Shown here: in pieces, positions 22,787-33,665 of the stretch
Position numbering within the stretch: position 1 is the stretch's first letter
How the letters are laid out: every line of letters starts with the position of its first letter
DNA from: Pelagomonas calceolata
Taxonomy: Eukaryota
DNA: 39,373 bases
Reading direction: 5' to 3'
Assembly: GCA_918797485.1 (NCBI GenBank)
Contig: CAKKNE010000008.1
Span: 1 to 39,373, forward strand
Program-made: the position numbers and the translations under genes
The notes under the pieces: model-generated
Told to the model about the DNA's origin: nothing
Databases searched by the model: none
The model's input: only the letters and a program-made list of their open reading frames with translations

Positions 22787-23327
22787 TGATTCCAACTTCA
22801 TGTGGGCGAGTTTCAGCCCACAATCCGAACTAAGAAAACTTTTAGAGATTTGCTCCAGCTTAAACACTATTGCTTCTTTTTGTAGTTTTCATTGTAGCAC
22901 GTTTGTAGCCCAGTTCATAAGGGCCATGAGGACTTGACGTTATCCCCACCTTCCTCTAGCTTATCCACTAGCAGTTCTTTTAGAGTTCCTGTTTGGAACA
23001 ACAAACACTGGCAACTAAAAGTAGGGGTTGCGCTCGTTTAAGAAATTAATCTAACATTTCACAACACGAGCTGACGACAGCCATGCAACACCTGTGTGTG
23101 AAAATTCTTACTATAAAGAGGACAAAAAAAGCTATTTTTTCGTCACTTAACACACTGTCAAGAACTGGTAAGGTTTCGCGCGTATTTTCGCATTAAACAA
23201 CATGCTCCACCACTTGTGTTGGCCCCCGTCAATTCCTTTGAGTTTCAATCTTGCGATTATACTCTTCAGGCGGAGTGCTTAACGTGTTAACTAAATGCCT
23301 AAAAAATCTAAGCATGAGCACTCATAA

Positions 23328-23363
<36 letters not shown>

Positions 23364-23790
23364 GGATACCCACGCTTTCGTTCCTTAGCGTCAGTAACGA
23401 CCCAGACAACTGCCTTCGCTTTTGACATTCCTTTACAGTTCTACGGATTTCACCCCTCCTTGTAAAATTCCATTGTCCTATTTCGTACTCAAGTATAAAC
23501 GTTTTGAATGCATTTTCAAAGTTAAGCTCTGATTTTTAACATTCAACAGCAAAATACAGCCTACGAACCCTTTACGCCCAATTATTCCAGATAACGCTCG
23601 CCCCCTCCGTATTACCGCGACTGCTGGCACGAAGTTAGCCGGGACTTTTCTTTTGGTATTGTCATTCTCTTCCCAAAATATCGAGTTTTACAGCCAAAGA
23701 GCCTTAATCACTCATGTGGTATAGCTGGATCAAGCGCTAGCTCATTGTCCAATATCCCCTACTGCTGGCTTTATAAAAAAGCCTGGACCT

Positions 23791-23823
<33 letters not shown>

Positions 23824-24053
23824 GGACCAGCTAAGAATCGTCGGCTTGGTAAGCCTTTACCTTACCAACTACCTAATTCTACAAAAGCTTATTTTTAGAC
23901 GATCTGATTCTTTTACATCGGTATTTTATTCCGAATCTAAAAGCAAATAACCTTTGCATTACTCACCCGTTCGCTACGTAAAAATACGTTCAACTCGCAT
24001 GTATAAGGCTTACCACAAGCGTTCACCCTGAGCCAGGATCAAACTCAAAATAG
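22577..24053 (-). rRNA. rns: small subunit rRNA (ends approximate)
   Basis: GAGTTTGATCCTGGCTCAG, GTGCCAGCAGTCGCGGTAA, TGTACACACCGCCCGTCA, GTCGTAACAAGGTAGCC. Confidence 0.98.
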
Positions 24054-24100
24054 TTATTACTTTTTTATATAAAAAAAGAAAATAAAAAAGACGATCTTTT

Positions 24101-24172
24101 TGGAGACGACAGGACTTGAACCAGTAACTCCCTGCTTGCAAAGCAGATACTCTACCTTTGAGTTACGTCCCC
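24101..24172 (-). tRNA. trnA: tRNA-Ala(UGC)
   Basis: GGGGACG/CGTCTCC with G3:U70; TT-TGC-AA. Confidence 0.96.
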
Positions 24173-24565
24173 CTTGTATTGTTTGTTATAAAAGATTATT
24201 TCAGGCTTTTAGTATGCAGTAGCTAAAATCTTACAATCGTTAAACTCCGCACCTATCAACGTGGTGTTATGCCACAGCCCTAAAAAGAAAATTAATCTTA
24301 GAAATAGTTTCTCACTTAGATGCTTTCAGCGATTATCTAGTATAAACGTAGCTACGCGACGATGCTTTTTTAAAAACAATCGCTACACCAGAGGTTTACG
24401 TTTCCCGGTCCTCTCGTACTAGGGTTTAATTTCTTCAATTTTCTAACGCTCACAGTAGATAGGGACCAAACTGCCTCACGGCGTTCTGAACCCAGCTCAA
24501 GTGCCACTTTAATAGGCGAACAACCTAACCCTTGGAACCTGCTTCAGCTCCAGGATGTGACTAGC

Positions 24566-26945
24566 TTATAGTCAAAATCGTATTACTATTTCATTTGCTA
24601 CTCCCGAACCGTGCGTGAACTTCTCAATTCACACGGCTCTTGCCCATTGTCAACACTACTTGAGTGCAAATTATTTCCATGTATGAGGTCGTGGCAATGT
24701 CCATGTACAAATTTTATTTCCCCGGTTCTAACCTTGTTATCATCGAGTACATGATGCAACTCAACAATATCATTAGGCAACAAGTAAAATTGGCATTTGG
24801 CACATTTATATTCTTGCGAAACCAACAATCCTCCAAGTCTTTTAATTCTAGGATTGTGCATTGACATTCTTTCTGCGAAGTATCTTAGTTTACCATTATA
24901 GATGGACGCACCTTTTCTAATCTTCACAAATCGCCTGACTTGGGTTGAGTCATATCTTTTCAATACCCATCTGTGTCCGTCTTTATCAACGAATCCAAAC
25001 GCCCAACCCTTTACACTGAAACACTCTTTCTTGGCTTTACGCGCACTTTTGTGTCTCTTTACAGCCCATCGCCAAAGTCTTTTCCATATCCAACCATCCA
25101 ACATAGTAAATGTTTCGGTCGATTGAGATAGGGAGAAATACCAAGTCCATCCTTTAATTATAGAGCTTAAAGCTTCCATTACAGACTGCATTGGAGCTTG
25201 TTTGTAAACTCTTAGAATTTTTCGTATGGCATCTTTGTGTTTCTTTATAGCCTTGTCGCTGGGTTTCGTTACCTGAAGAAATTCCTGCTTTGCTCCTCTT
25301 GTGTTTTTTACCCCTCGGTGCTTAGATACCTTATAATTTTTAAAGTTAAAACCTAGAAAATCAAGCCCAGGCTTTTGACCTTCATATGGTATCATAGTGT
25401 GTCCGATTCTTGTTTTTTCTTTCGAAAATTCAAGTCCAATAGGTTTTAAATACTGTGCTAATATTTTTTTACTGGCTAACACATTTTCTAACTTATCAGA
25501 GAACACAACAAAGTCATCCGCAAATCGGATTATTCGAACTTTATTTCTTAGTTCTTCATATAATCGTTTTTCCATGCCATCCAATGCAATATTGGCTAAC
25601 AAGGGTGATAATGTTCCACCTTGAGGAGTTCCCACAGTGTTTTCTTCGATTCTACCTTCCGAATTTCCCGAAGTATCTAAGATACCCGCCTCAAGCCAAC
25701 TCTTGATTTGTCTTTCGACCATCCTCATCGTGCTTAATTTGTTTAACAGATATTCATGTGATATGTTGTCAAAACACCCTTTTATATCAGCATCCAAGAA
25801 GAATTTGGGTCCTCCTTGTATTTGACGAGTGACCATCCATTTTGCATCACCTTGAGAATATCCCGGTCTAAAGCCATAAGAATTAGAGTCAAATAAAGCT
25901 TCCCATTCAGGTTCAAGTGCCATAGCTACCAGACATTGTTTCGCCCGATCTCTCATAGTTGGAATACCTAACGGTCGAGTTTTGTCTCCTTTCGGTATTA
26001 AAACTCTTCTGATAGGATCTGCTTTTCCATCAAGCCTGAGTTGTTTGGTCAACTCTAATCGTTTCTTGGGTCCTATCTTGCTTATTCCGTCTACTCCAGG
26101 AGTTCGCTTTCCTCTGTTATCCTGAGATATCTTTCGGACAGCTATCCTTTTAGCTTCATCGCAATTAATTAACTTTCTTTGGAATTCTCGGGTCTTAGGT
26201 TTGATACTAAGTCCTTTTTCTTTTGCACTTGCGTCGAAAATTTTCCTCTGCAGATCGTGTATCACAAGGCTGGAATTTTTCCAATTGATATCTTCCCAAT
26301 TCTTTACCATTGCAATACTATTAATAATTTGTTAACTATTAACTCCGTGGACGTTCCCGACACACAATTAGGCGTTGCACGTCAGCGTATATTCAACATT
26401 ACATTGAACCATTTGCTTTTTGCAACATCGCTCCTCATACAGACATATAGCCAAACCCTACCAATTTTATTGGAGTCCGTATAAGGTTATTCTGTTCCAA
26501 TACTCCATAATATCGTAATATCCTGCCAGCTCTTCGCCAGGTCAGTCCCTTTAGTTCAGCTTCCCGTCGCTAGGAATGCTTAAGACATATTGACCTTTCC
26601 CGATGTTCCGGGGCAGGGTTATTTTTCACCATAAACCCTACTTCCTCGTTATTGACGTTTTACTACACTGATTCGATTTCTCTCAGCTTATCACGATCGT
26701 TCTAATAGTTTTCAACAGCGGTGAATGCCGTTTAGACTACTTTTACCCTTGCTTCCGGTCTGCGTGGTTTTGGACCCGCAGGATTTCGTAAGGACGCTCC
26801 ACAGGACTTAATTGTGGATGTATGATCAGAACCCATTCTAAAGGAGGGCTCGCAGGAGTGGTTACCTGCCTGAAGTATTAGTTAAGTTATTACACTCGAA
26901 TTTACGATGGCGTCTATCTCCATCTTTCATTCAACAGCTCGCACC
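24566..26945 (-). mobile_element. group II intron (IIB-like) in rnl peptidyl-transferase region; boundaries +/-1 nt
   Basis: GTGCG near the 5' end, domain V GAGCCGTGTGAATTGAGAAGTTCACGCACGGTTC, domain VI with bulged A; removal restores GATGTCGGCTAGTCAC. Confidence 0.95.
24598..26310 (-). CDS. group II intron-encoded reverse transcriptase/maturase with HNH endonuclease
   Basis: TPGVDG, RPLGIPT..DR, SYGFRPG, DIKGCFDNI, GTPQGG.LSPLLANI, RFADD, DFLGF, CxxC...HH...H..CH. Confidence 0.96.
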   Translation of the reverse strand: MVKNWEDINWKNSSLVIHDLQRKIFDASAKEKGLSIKPKTREFQRKLINCDEAKRIAVRKISQDNRGKRTPGVDGISKIGPKKRLELTKQLRLDGKADPIRRVLIPKGDKTRPLGIPTMRDRAKQCLVAMALEPEWEALFDSNSYGFRPGYSQGDAKWMVTRQIQGGPKFFLDADIKGCFDNISHEYLLNKLSTMRMVERQIKSWLEAGILDTSGNSEGRIEENTVGTPQGGTLSPLLANIALDGMEKRLYEELRNKVRIIRFADDFVVFSDKLENVLASKKILAQYLKPIGLEFSKEKTRIGHTMIPYEGQKPGLDFLGFNFKNYKVSKHRGVKNTRGAKQEFLQVTKPSDKAIKKHKDAIRKILRVYKQAPMQSVMEALSSIIKGWTWYFSLSQSTETFTMLDGWIWKRLWRWAVKRHKSARKAKKECFSVKGWAFGFVDKDGHRWVLKRYDSTQVRRFVKIRKGASIYNGKLRYFAERMSMHNPRIKRLGGLLVSQEYKCAKCQFYLLPNDIVELHHVLDDNKVRTGEIKFVHGHCHDLIHGNNLHSSSVDNGQEPCELRSSRTVRE

Positions 26946-28834
26946 CGACATCGAGGTGCCAAACAACTCCGTCGATAGGAACTCTAAGGAGTCATTAGCC
27001 TGTTATCCCTGACGTACCTTTTATCCGTTGAGCGATGACCTTTCCATTCAGTATCACCGGATCACTATAGCCGGCTTACGCCCCTGTTCGAATCGTTATT
27101 CTTACAGTCAAGCAAACTTTTGCTATTGCACTCTTCAATAAAAGATTTATTTATTTGAGTTTACCTTATGCACGCCTTCGTTACCTTTTAGAAGGCGACC
27201 GCCCCAGTCAAACTACCAATTATAAACTGTTCTTATAGAAATAAGTTAGCATCAACATAAATGCAGGGTGGTATTTCACTGGCGCACAGTACCAAAAAGG
27301 TATCGTGCTCCCACCTATTCTACACAACAAATACATTTTTGCAATCAATAAATGCAGTAAAGGTGTACAGGGTCTTTCCGTCTAGCTGTGAGTAATCCGC
27401 ATCTTCACGGATATTTCAATTTCACTGAGTCTGTGTAAGAGACAGTAAAGAAGTCATTACGCGATTCATGCAGGCCACTAATTAGGTGGCAAAGAATTTC
27501 GCTACCTTTGGACCGTCAGAGTTACGGCCGCCGTTTACTGGGGCTTGAGTTCAGCGCCAAGACGCCTCCCCTTAACCTTGCAGCACCGGGCACGCGTCAG
27601 CCCCTATACATCTTCTTGCGAATTAGCAGAGACCTGTGTTTTTGTTAAACAGTTGCTTCTTCCAATTTTGTGACAACTTTTAGAACATTTATTGCATATT
27701 GCAAATATTGAATTAAAAGTCACTCCTTCTTCCTAAGTTACGGAGCCATTTTGCCGAGTTCCTTTTACACAGTTCTCTCAAGCGCTTTAGTTTTCTCAAC
27801 CCACCCACTTGTGTCAGTTTACGGTACGGTAATAAAGAAAGTGCTATTTCTTGAAAAGATTAATTTGCATCAAAATGATCTTTTTAACACAAAATTCAAG
27901 CCTTTTGTCACAACTTTCAAAACAGTATATTGTTTCCCATCAAAATGAGTTTTCACTATATTCTTAGGGGCCGTTTTTATTTTTGAATTTCTCTTCGACG
28001 CAGCTTAACTTGACATCGAAAACCTTGGGTTTACAGCGAGAGTGTTTTAAACACTCTTTATCGTTACTTATGTCAGCATTCTTACTTCTGATATCTCCAC
28101 TAAACCTGACAGCTTAGCTTTAAAAATTTACAGAACATTCTGCTACCAATCCAAAAATTGGATTTTGCCGCTTCGGAAAATACTTTTAATCCCATTAAAT
28201 TTTCGGTGCAAAAAACCTAGACCAGTGAGCTGCTACGCTTTCATCATAGGGTGGCTGCTTCTAAGCCTACCTCCTGGCTGTTAAAAGTTTTTAACTTCCT
28301 TTAACTTCTGTATTTTTAAGGTCCTTAACGGTCAATCTGGGCTGTTTCCCTCTCGACTAAAGATCTTAGCACCTCTAGTCTGTTTGTTTAAATTTAATAA
28401 TCCCGAATTCGAAGTTTCCAAAAGTTTGGTAGAAGATAGACAACCCCGCACTAAAAGAGAGCTCTACCTCAGGTATCACAATAAACACTCTACTTAAATA
28501 GATTTCGCAGAAAACCAGCTATCTCTGAGTTTGATTGGCCTTTCACCCCTAACCACAAATCATCCCAGTATTTTGCCACATACACGGGTTCGGCCCTTAG
28601 AAAGATGTTGCCATCAAAACTTCAGCCTGTTCATGGTTAGATCACTCAGTTTCGGGTTTTGCACAGATGACTGGTTTTTTATTTTTCGATTTCACTACGC
28701 CTACACCTAACGGTTTAAGCTCGCCATCCATACAAAGTCGCTGACTCATTATGCAAAAGGCACGCTGTCACTATAAAAGCTCCAACAGATTATAGCATTA
28801 AGTTTCAGGTTCTTTTCACTGGGAGTATCCTCCT

Positions 28835-28872
<38 letters not shown>

Positions 28873-29281
28873 TGTTAAATATTTTTTAGGCTTTGAGGAT
28901 GGTACCCCATTTTTCACACAAGATTGCTTGATAATGTAATACTAAAAAAACATTGATTTCTTTTTTTTACGGGGCTATTACCCTCTACGGCATTGGTATT
29001 CAAAAAAAGACGGTCATGTTTTAAGCCTAAACCGCTTTCGCTCGCCACTATTTACGGTCTCTCGGTTGATTTCTTTTTCAAAAGGTACTTAGATGTTTCA
29101 GTTCCCTTTGCTTTTTTTCGTTAGAAACACATGGAGTAACAGTTTTCTGTGGATGAATTGTCAGAGATTAAAAATTTTCCTTTATTTACTTCTGACATTT
29201 CGTCTTACTAAACGTTCATATTTTAATTTAACACCTAGGCATCCCCTTAATGCTTTTTTTTCTTTTATGCAAAAACAATTT

Positions 29282-29353
29282 AGACTAAAGATGGAATCGA
29301 ACCAACATTCTCCGAGTTGCAGTCGGACGCATTACCTTTTATGCTATATAGTC
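29282..29353 (-). tRNA. trnC: tRNA-Cys(GCA)
   Basis: TCCGA-CT-GCA-AC-TCGGA; one U-U mismatch each in acceptor and T stems. Confidence 0.9.
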
Positions 29354-29362
29354 AAAAAATAA

Positions 29363-29436
29363 ATGCGGAGACAGGATTTGAACCTATAACCTTCAGGTCA
29401 TGAGCCTGACGAGCTACCAGATTGCTCTACCCCACA
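29363..29436 (-). tRNA. trnM: tRNA-Met(CAU), initiator-like
   Basis: TGTGGGGTAGAGC...TCAGG-CT-CAT-GA-CCTGA, fMet-like D arm. Confidence 0.92.
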
Positions 29437-29441
29437 ACAAA

Positions 29442-29512
29442 AGTGAGTAGCCGGACTCGAACCGGCATCGCCTGCTTGGAAGGCAGGAAATTTACCTTTA
29501 ATATATACTCAC
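29442..29512 (-). tRNA. trnG: tRNA-Gly(UCC)
   Basis: GTGAGTA/TACTCAC; CCTGC-CT-TCC-AA-GCAGG. Confidence 0.93.
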
Positions 29513-29528
29513 AAAAATCTAATTTTTA

Positions 29529-29609
29529 TACCAAAGAGGGGACTTGAACCCCTACACCAAAAGTACTGGAACCTAAACCCAGCGTGTCTACCAATTCCAC
29601 CACTTTGGC
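29529..29609 (-). tRNA. trnL: tRNA-Leu(UAG)
   Basis: GCCAAAG/CTTTGGT; TT-TAG-GT loop; long variable arm. Confidence 0.94.
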
Positions 29610-29653
29610 CTGTTGTTATAAAAAGGTTTTTATATTAATCGTTAAGTAATTGA

Positions 29654-30034
29654 TTAAAATAAATATCTCTTGGCTGAAATTTTACCAAAAGACTTGAAAT
29701 ACTCTTCTTGTGTATTTTTTAAATCAGATACAAGAAGCGTCTTTTGAGAAGAGTCTAACCAATTATTGGACTTATCAACCCCATTAAAAAGGTTTGTTCT
29801 GCAAAGAGCAGCAGTTCCAACAAATACACGATTAGAATCTGCTAAAACGGACAATTCCTCAGACTTGAATTGTTCCGCTAAGCTATTACTTTTAAGTAAT
29901 TTTTTATTTCTAGCTTTTAATACAGATCCAATCTTAGGAAGGAAATTTTTTAACAAAATGAAATAAAAACTAGAAAAGATTAAAATTAACCAAAATATTT
30001 GGTTAAAAAAAGTTATTTTATCGAACTGAGGCAT
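29654..30034 (-). CDS. atp8: ATP synthase subunit 8 (long form, 126 aa)
   Basis: MPQFD start, one TM helix, LPKI..VLKAR. Confidence 0.9.
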   Translation of the reverse strand: MPQFDKITFFNQIFWLILIFSSFYFILLKNFLPKIGSVLKARNKKLLKSNSLAEQFKSEELSVLADSNRVFVGTAALCRTNLFNGVDKSNNWLDSSQKTLLVSDLKNTQEEYFKSFGKISAKRYLF

Positions 30035-30061
30035 GTTATTATATAATAATCCTTTTTTTTA

Positions 30062-30361
30062 TTACCAACTTTTTTTAGTGACACCCGCGATTTGACCAAA
30101 TCTAGCATAATCGCGGAAGAAGATTCTAGAAATCCTAAAATCCCTAAAAGCAGAATTGCTTCTAAAAGTTTCTGAACAACGGTTGCGTATTTTGACAGGA
30201 CTACTCTTTAATGGCAGTTTACTTAATTCGACTGCCGCTAACCAGCGAACCTTCAAAGGCAATTCTTTGTTAGAAGATATGTACTTCAAAGCAACCCTAG
30301 AAGACTCGTTACGTGAAAAAAGGGCACGTTTTATCTTATCTCGTTCTAAAAGATTTTTCAT
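30062..30361 (-). CDS. rps14: ribosomal protein S14
   Basis: SSPVKIRNRC, FRISRI.FR, GVTKKSW. Confidence 0.96.
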   Translation of the reverse strand: MKNLLERDKIKRALFSRNESSRVALKYISSNKELPLKVRWLAAVELSKLPLKSSPVKIRNRCSETFRSNSAFRDFRISRIFFRDYARFGQIAGVTKKSW

Positions 30362-30367
30362 AACTAA

Positions 30368-30736
30368 TTACTCCCATTCTAAAGCACCGATTTTCCAAGC
30401 ATAGACAAAACCAATACATAATTCAACTAAAAAATCTATCATTACCCATAAACCCATAGAGCTTATATGGGTTATTGAAACAACCCAAGGGAAAAGGAAC
30501 ATAGCTTCAAGATCAAAAATTATAAAGAGAATAGCTACAATATAGAAACGTACATCAAAGGCATTTCTTGCATCTTCGTACGGATCAAAACCGCACTCAT
30601 AAGCAGAAAGCTTCTCCGTATCCGGCTTTTGAACTGCGAGCAAGAATGAAGCACCAAGAATAATAACTGAAAGAACTATGGCTACTATTGCCATAACTAA
30701 TATAGGGGAGTACTCCTCATAAAAAAGTGTCTGCAT
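30368..30736 (-). CDS. nad3: NADH dehydrogenase subunit 3
   Basis: EKLSAYECGFDP, FIIFDLE, GALEWE. Confidence 0.98.
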   Translation of the reverse strand: MQTLFYEEYSPILVMAIVAIVLSVIILGASFLLAVQKPDTEKLSAYECGFDPYEDARNAFDVRFYIVAILFIIFDLEAMFLFPWVVSITHISSMGLWVMIDFLVELCIGFVYAWKIGALEWE

Positions 30737-30800
30737 ACTAAAAAAAATAAGTACATTGCTTTAAAAACACTCACATCTTATAAAAAATGCAAGAAAAAAT

Positions 30801-30881
30801 TACTCGTTATCGGATTTGAACCGATACTCAAAAAGAAACAAATTTTAAGTCTGTCGTGTCTACCAATTCCACCAAACGAGC
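30801..30881 (-). tRNA. trnL: tRNA-Leu(UAA)
   Basis: GCTCGTT/AACGAGT; CT-TAA-AA loop. Confidence 0.94.
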
Positions 30882-30883
30882 AA

Positions 30884-30956
30884 TAGGTGATAGCGGACTC
30901 GAACCACTAACCTTCTCGTTGTAAGCGAGATACTCTAGCCATTGAGTTAATCACCC
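30884..30956 (-). tRNA. trnV: tRNA-Val(UAC)
   Basis: GGGTGAT/ATCACCT; TCTCG-CT-TAC-AA-CGAGA. Confidence 0.94.
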
Positions 30957-30960
30957 TTGT

Positions 30961-31632
30961 TTAGTTTATTCTATTAAAGTTAGCAATCTCGTCCAAACCA
31001 AGAAAAAAAGAATACAACTTAGTAATCTCATTTTCATTTTTCAAGCTCGGTCGATTAACAACTACTACGGACAGCACACTATAGTTGACCTCTAAATAAT
31101 CTGGGGGTAGATTAAAAACCGCTGAATTAAACAACTCTTTTGCTTTGCAATTTAAACGGATGAGATCACCTACATTTAACGGATGAGATTGCACCCGTAC
31201 AGTGGTATTATTTACCGAAACGAAACCACTTGATACACACCAACGAGCATGGTTTAATGTTTTTACCAATTTAGACCTAACTAATACCATATCTAAGCGC
31301 AACTCTAAAAGGTCACAAACGGACTTTAGCCCTGCTCCAGAAGAAAAAACATCATGCAGACCCCTTTTACGAAAAGTACAAAAAAAAGCTGAGGTCTGTT
31401 GTTTAAGAATAAGGGCTCTCTTAAAACTTTTTCTTAAATCGAACGTATTACTTTGAATGAGTAAAACGTCATTTCTTATAAAGGGTTCTGACGATAGGTT
31501 AGTGGTAATGTTTTTGGAAAGAGTAGCCCATTTACGTTTTCTCAAAAGTTTTAAGTTTTTAGTAGACAAAGTAAAACTTTTGTTTTCAATAATACTCCGT
31601 TTTAATCGAGGTTTATAACGTTTGTTCGCCAT
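30961..31632 (-). CDS. rps4: ribosomal protein S4
   Basis: LELRLD.VL.R, AR..VSSG.V.VN, GD.I, YLEVNY. Confidence 0.92.
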   Translation of the reverse strand: MANKRYKPRLKRSIIENKSFTLSTKNLKLLRKRKWATLSKNITTNLSSEPFIRNDVLLIQSNTFDLRKSFKRALILKQQTSAFFCTFRKRGLHDVFSSGAGLKSVCDLLELRLDMVLVRSKLVKTLNHARWCVSSGFVSVNNTTVRVQSHPLNVGDLIRLNCKAKELFNSAVFNLPPDYLEVNYSVLSVVVVNRPSLKNENEITKLYSFFLGLDEIANFNRIN

Positions 31633-32188
31633 TACTGTTTAATATTGATTGCTTTATGAGGTACTGGTACATATAAGCGGCTCCTTCCGATTTTAAGTTA
31701 ACAAAAATAGGGTAATCTATAAAAGAGAGATCACAAGTTTCGTCAACAAAAGAAATTAACGGAATTTCCTTTTTAAAGCACTCCTTACTTGGAAACTTAC
31801 AAAGAAGGTTAAAAGTAACAATTAAGCTTGGAGATACCTCGGATTGAGCACTGTTTGTTAAAGAACCTAGAACCCATGAGCTTTCGCTGACAAAGGTGTG
31901 TGGAGAATTATGAAGCTCTTTTTGAAGAGACAATTCCATTAATGGTGGGCAACCGACAAAAAGAATCGAGTAAGAAGACTCTCTGCATGCCTTAATTAAG
32001 CGCAATGCTTTAAAATACATCGTTAACGACTTTTCAAGGTCAAATACAACAGAACCTTTACGGAAACCTAAAAGGAACCCACTCATCTCACTAGCCCTTT
32101 TAGGGGTACCCTTCCCTAGAAACCCCTCAGAATTCAAAAGCTTTTTCAAAAATAAAATTTCAAAATGGGACTTACTAAAAGTTTTCAT
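31613..32188 (-). CDS. rps2: ribosomal protein S2
   Basis: VFDLEKS, ILFVG, WVLGSLTN, IPLISFVD, DYPIFVN. Confidence 0.88.
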   Translation of the reverse strand: MKTFSKSHFEILFLKKLLNSEGFLGKGTPKRASEMSGFLLGFRKGSVVFDLEKSLTMYFKALRLIKACRESSYSILFVGCPPLMELSLQKELHNSPHTFVSESSWVLGSLTNSAQSEVSPSLIVTFNLLCKFPSKECFKKEIPLISFVDETCDLSFIDYPIFVNLKSEGAAYMYQYLIKQSILNSNGEQTL

Positions 32189-32199
32189 TCTCTAAATTT

Positions 32200-32769
32200 T
32201 TACTTTTTTTTGAATTTTTTTGTGAAAAGTGGTTCTCCTTTAACTAAAACCCCTTTGTTTTTGTAAATGTCAGGGGTTTTGCTTTTTTTTAGTAAAGAAA
32301 CAAAAGAGCCTAATGACTCTTTACAATAACTTTTTAATATAATGATGTTATCCTTCGGACAGGCTACAGTTAGTTCTTTGGGGATATCTACAAGTATATC
32401 ATGACTGTAACCAAGTTTTAGGATCAATTTATCTGGGTTAAAAAGTTCCACTTTGTACCCGACACCTACTAGCTCTAATTCTTTACTAAAGCCAGAAGAA
32501 ATACCTGAAATTGCTTGCGCGATTTTAGCTTTTAAGGAACCCCCCATTAGAGATAACTGTCTTATAGACCTTTTTTTCAATTCTACTTTTGAAGTGGCGC
32601 AAGTTAAACAAAGAACGGTATCTTCAAAGAGATCCACCTTAAAAGGTTGGGGTATTCTGATAACAACTTTAGTATCGGGATTCGAAAACAAAACTTTACT
32701 TTCTTTAATCTCTATTGAAATTTCTTTCGGGATATCAAATTTTTTAATAATGGAAACCATATTTAACAA
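32200..32769 (-). CDS. rpl6: ribosomal protein L6
   Basis: LELVGVGYK, LKLGYSH, PDIYKNKGV. Confidence 0.95.
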   Translation of the reverse strand: MLNMVSIIKKFDIPKEISIEIKESKVLFSNPDTKVVIRIPQPFKVDLFEDTVLCLTCATSKVELKKRSIRQLSLMGGSLKAKIAQAISGISSGFSKELELVGVGYKVELFNPDKLILKLGYSHDILVDIPKELTVACPKDNIIILKSYCKESLGSFVSLLKKSKTPDIYKNKGVLVKGEPLFTKKFKKK

Positions 32770-33155
32770 ACATATAGCAAAACTTCTCCCCCAGTACCTA
32801 ATAATTTCGCTTCTCTATCTGACAAGATACCAAAAGGGGTGCTCAAGATAAACATACCTATATGCGTAGAAAATTTCCAAACATCTTTTTTAGAGAATCG
32901 CTTTTCTAAGCTGGGCTTGGAGATAACTTTAAATTGATTGGTTCGCCCAACGCTATCACTACGCTTCAGAAAGATTTCAAAAAAATCTTTTTCTTTATTT
33001 TTACAAACCTGGAAATGTGTAATGTAACCCTCTTTTTTAAGTATTTTAAGAACTTCAAATATAGTTTTTGAGCGAGGCCAAAAAAAAGAATAATTTGGAG
33101 ACTTTGCTGCGTTTGAAATTGCGGATACAAAATTAACTATTTGACTACTACTCAT
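32763..33155 (-). CDS. rps8: ribosomal protein S8
   Basis: LKKEGYI, ISKPS, ILSTPFGILSDREA...GGEVL; ATG at 33155. Confidence 0.95.
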   Translation of the reverse strand: MSSSQIVNFVSAISNAAKSPNYSFFWPRSKTIFEVLKILKKEGYITHFQVCKNKEKDFFEIFLKRSDSVGRTNQFKVISKPSLEKRFSKKDVWKFSTHIGMFILSTPFGILSDREAKLLGTGGEVLLYVC

Positions 33156-33182
33156 AAAAGTGAAAAATCTAGACAAAAAATA

Positions 33183-33250
33183 CGACTGCCACCGGAATTG
33201 AACCGATGCTACCTTTTACAGATGGTAAAAGTGTTAAACCACACACAGTC
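33183..33250 (-). ncRNA. aberrant tRNA-like element (degenerate tRNA or t-element)
   Basis: GACTGT/GCAGTC acceptor-like stem and canonical T arm ATCGG-TTCAATT-CCGGT, but shortened D region and no canonical anticodon loop. Confidence 0.55.
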
Positions 33251-33266
33251 TCCATAAAACAAAGAA

Positions 33267-33554
<288 letters not shown>

Positions 33555-33567
33555 TCAAGCTGACTGT

Positions 33568-33640
33568 TGTCTAGAAATGGAATCGAACCATTGACACAAG
33601 GATTTTCAATCCTTTGCTCTACCGACTGAGCTACCTAAAC
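33568..33640 (-). tRNA. trnF: tRNA-Phe(GAA)
   Basis: GTTTAGG/TCTAGAC; AAGGA-TT-GAA-AA-TCCTT. Confidence 0.95.
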
Positions 33641-33665
33641 AAAAAGGGATCTTTTCCTTACAACA

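Larger units (their letters stand above)
24197..29265 (-). rRNA. rnl: large subunit rRNA, two exons (ends approximate)
   Basis: GAACTGAAACATCTAAGTA, GGCTTAGAAGCAGCCA, PTC GGCACCTCGATGTCG/GCTAGTCACATCC, sarcin loop AGTACGAGAGGACC. Confidence 0.97.
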
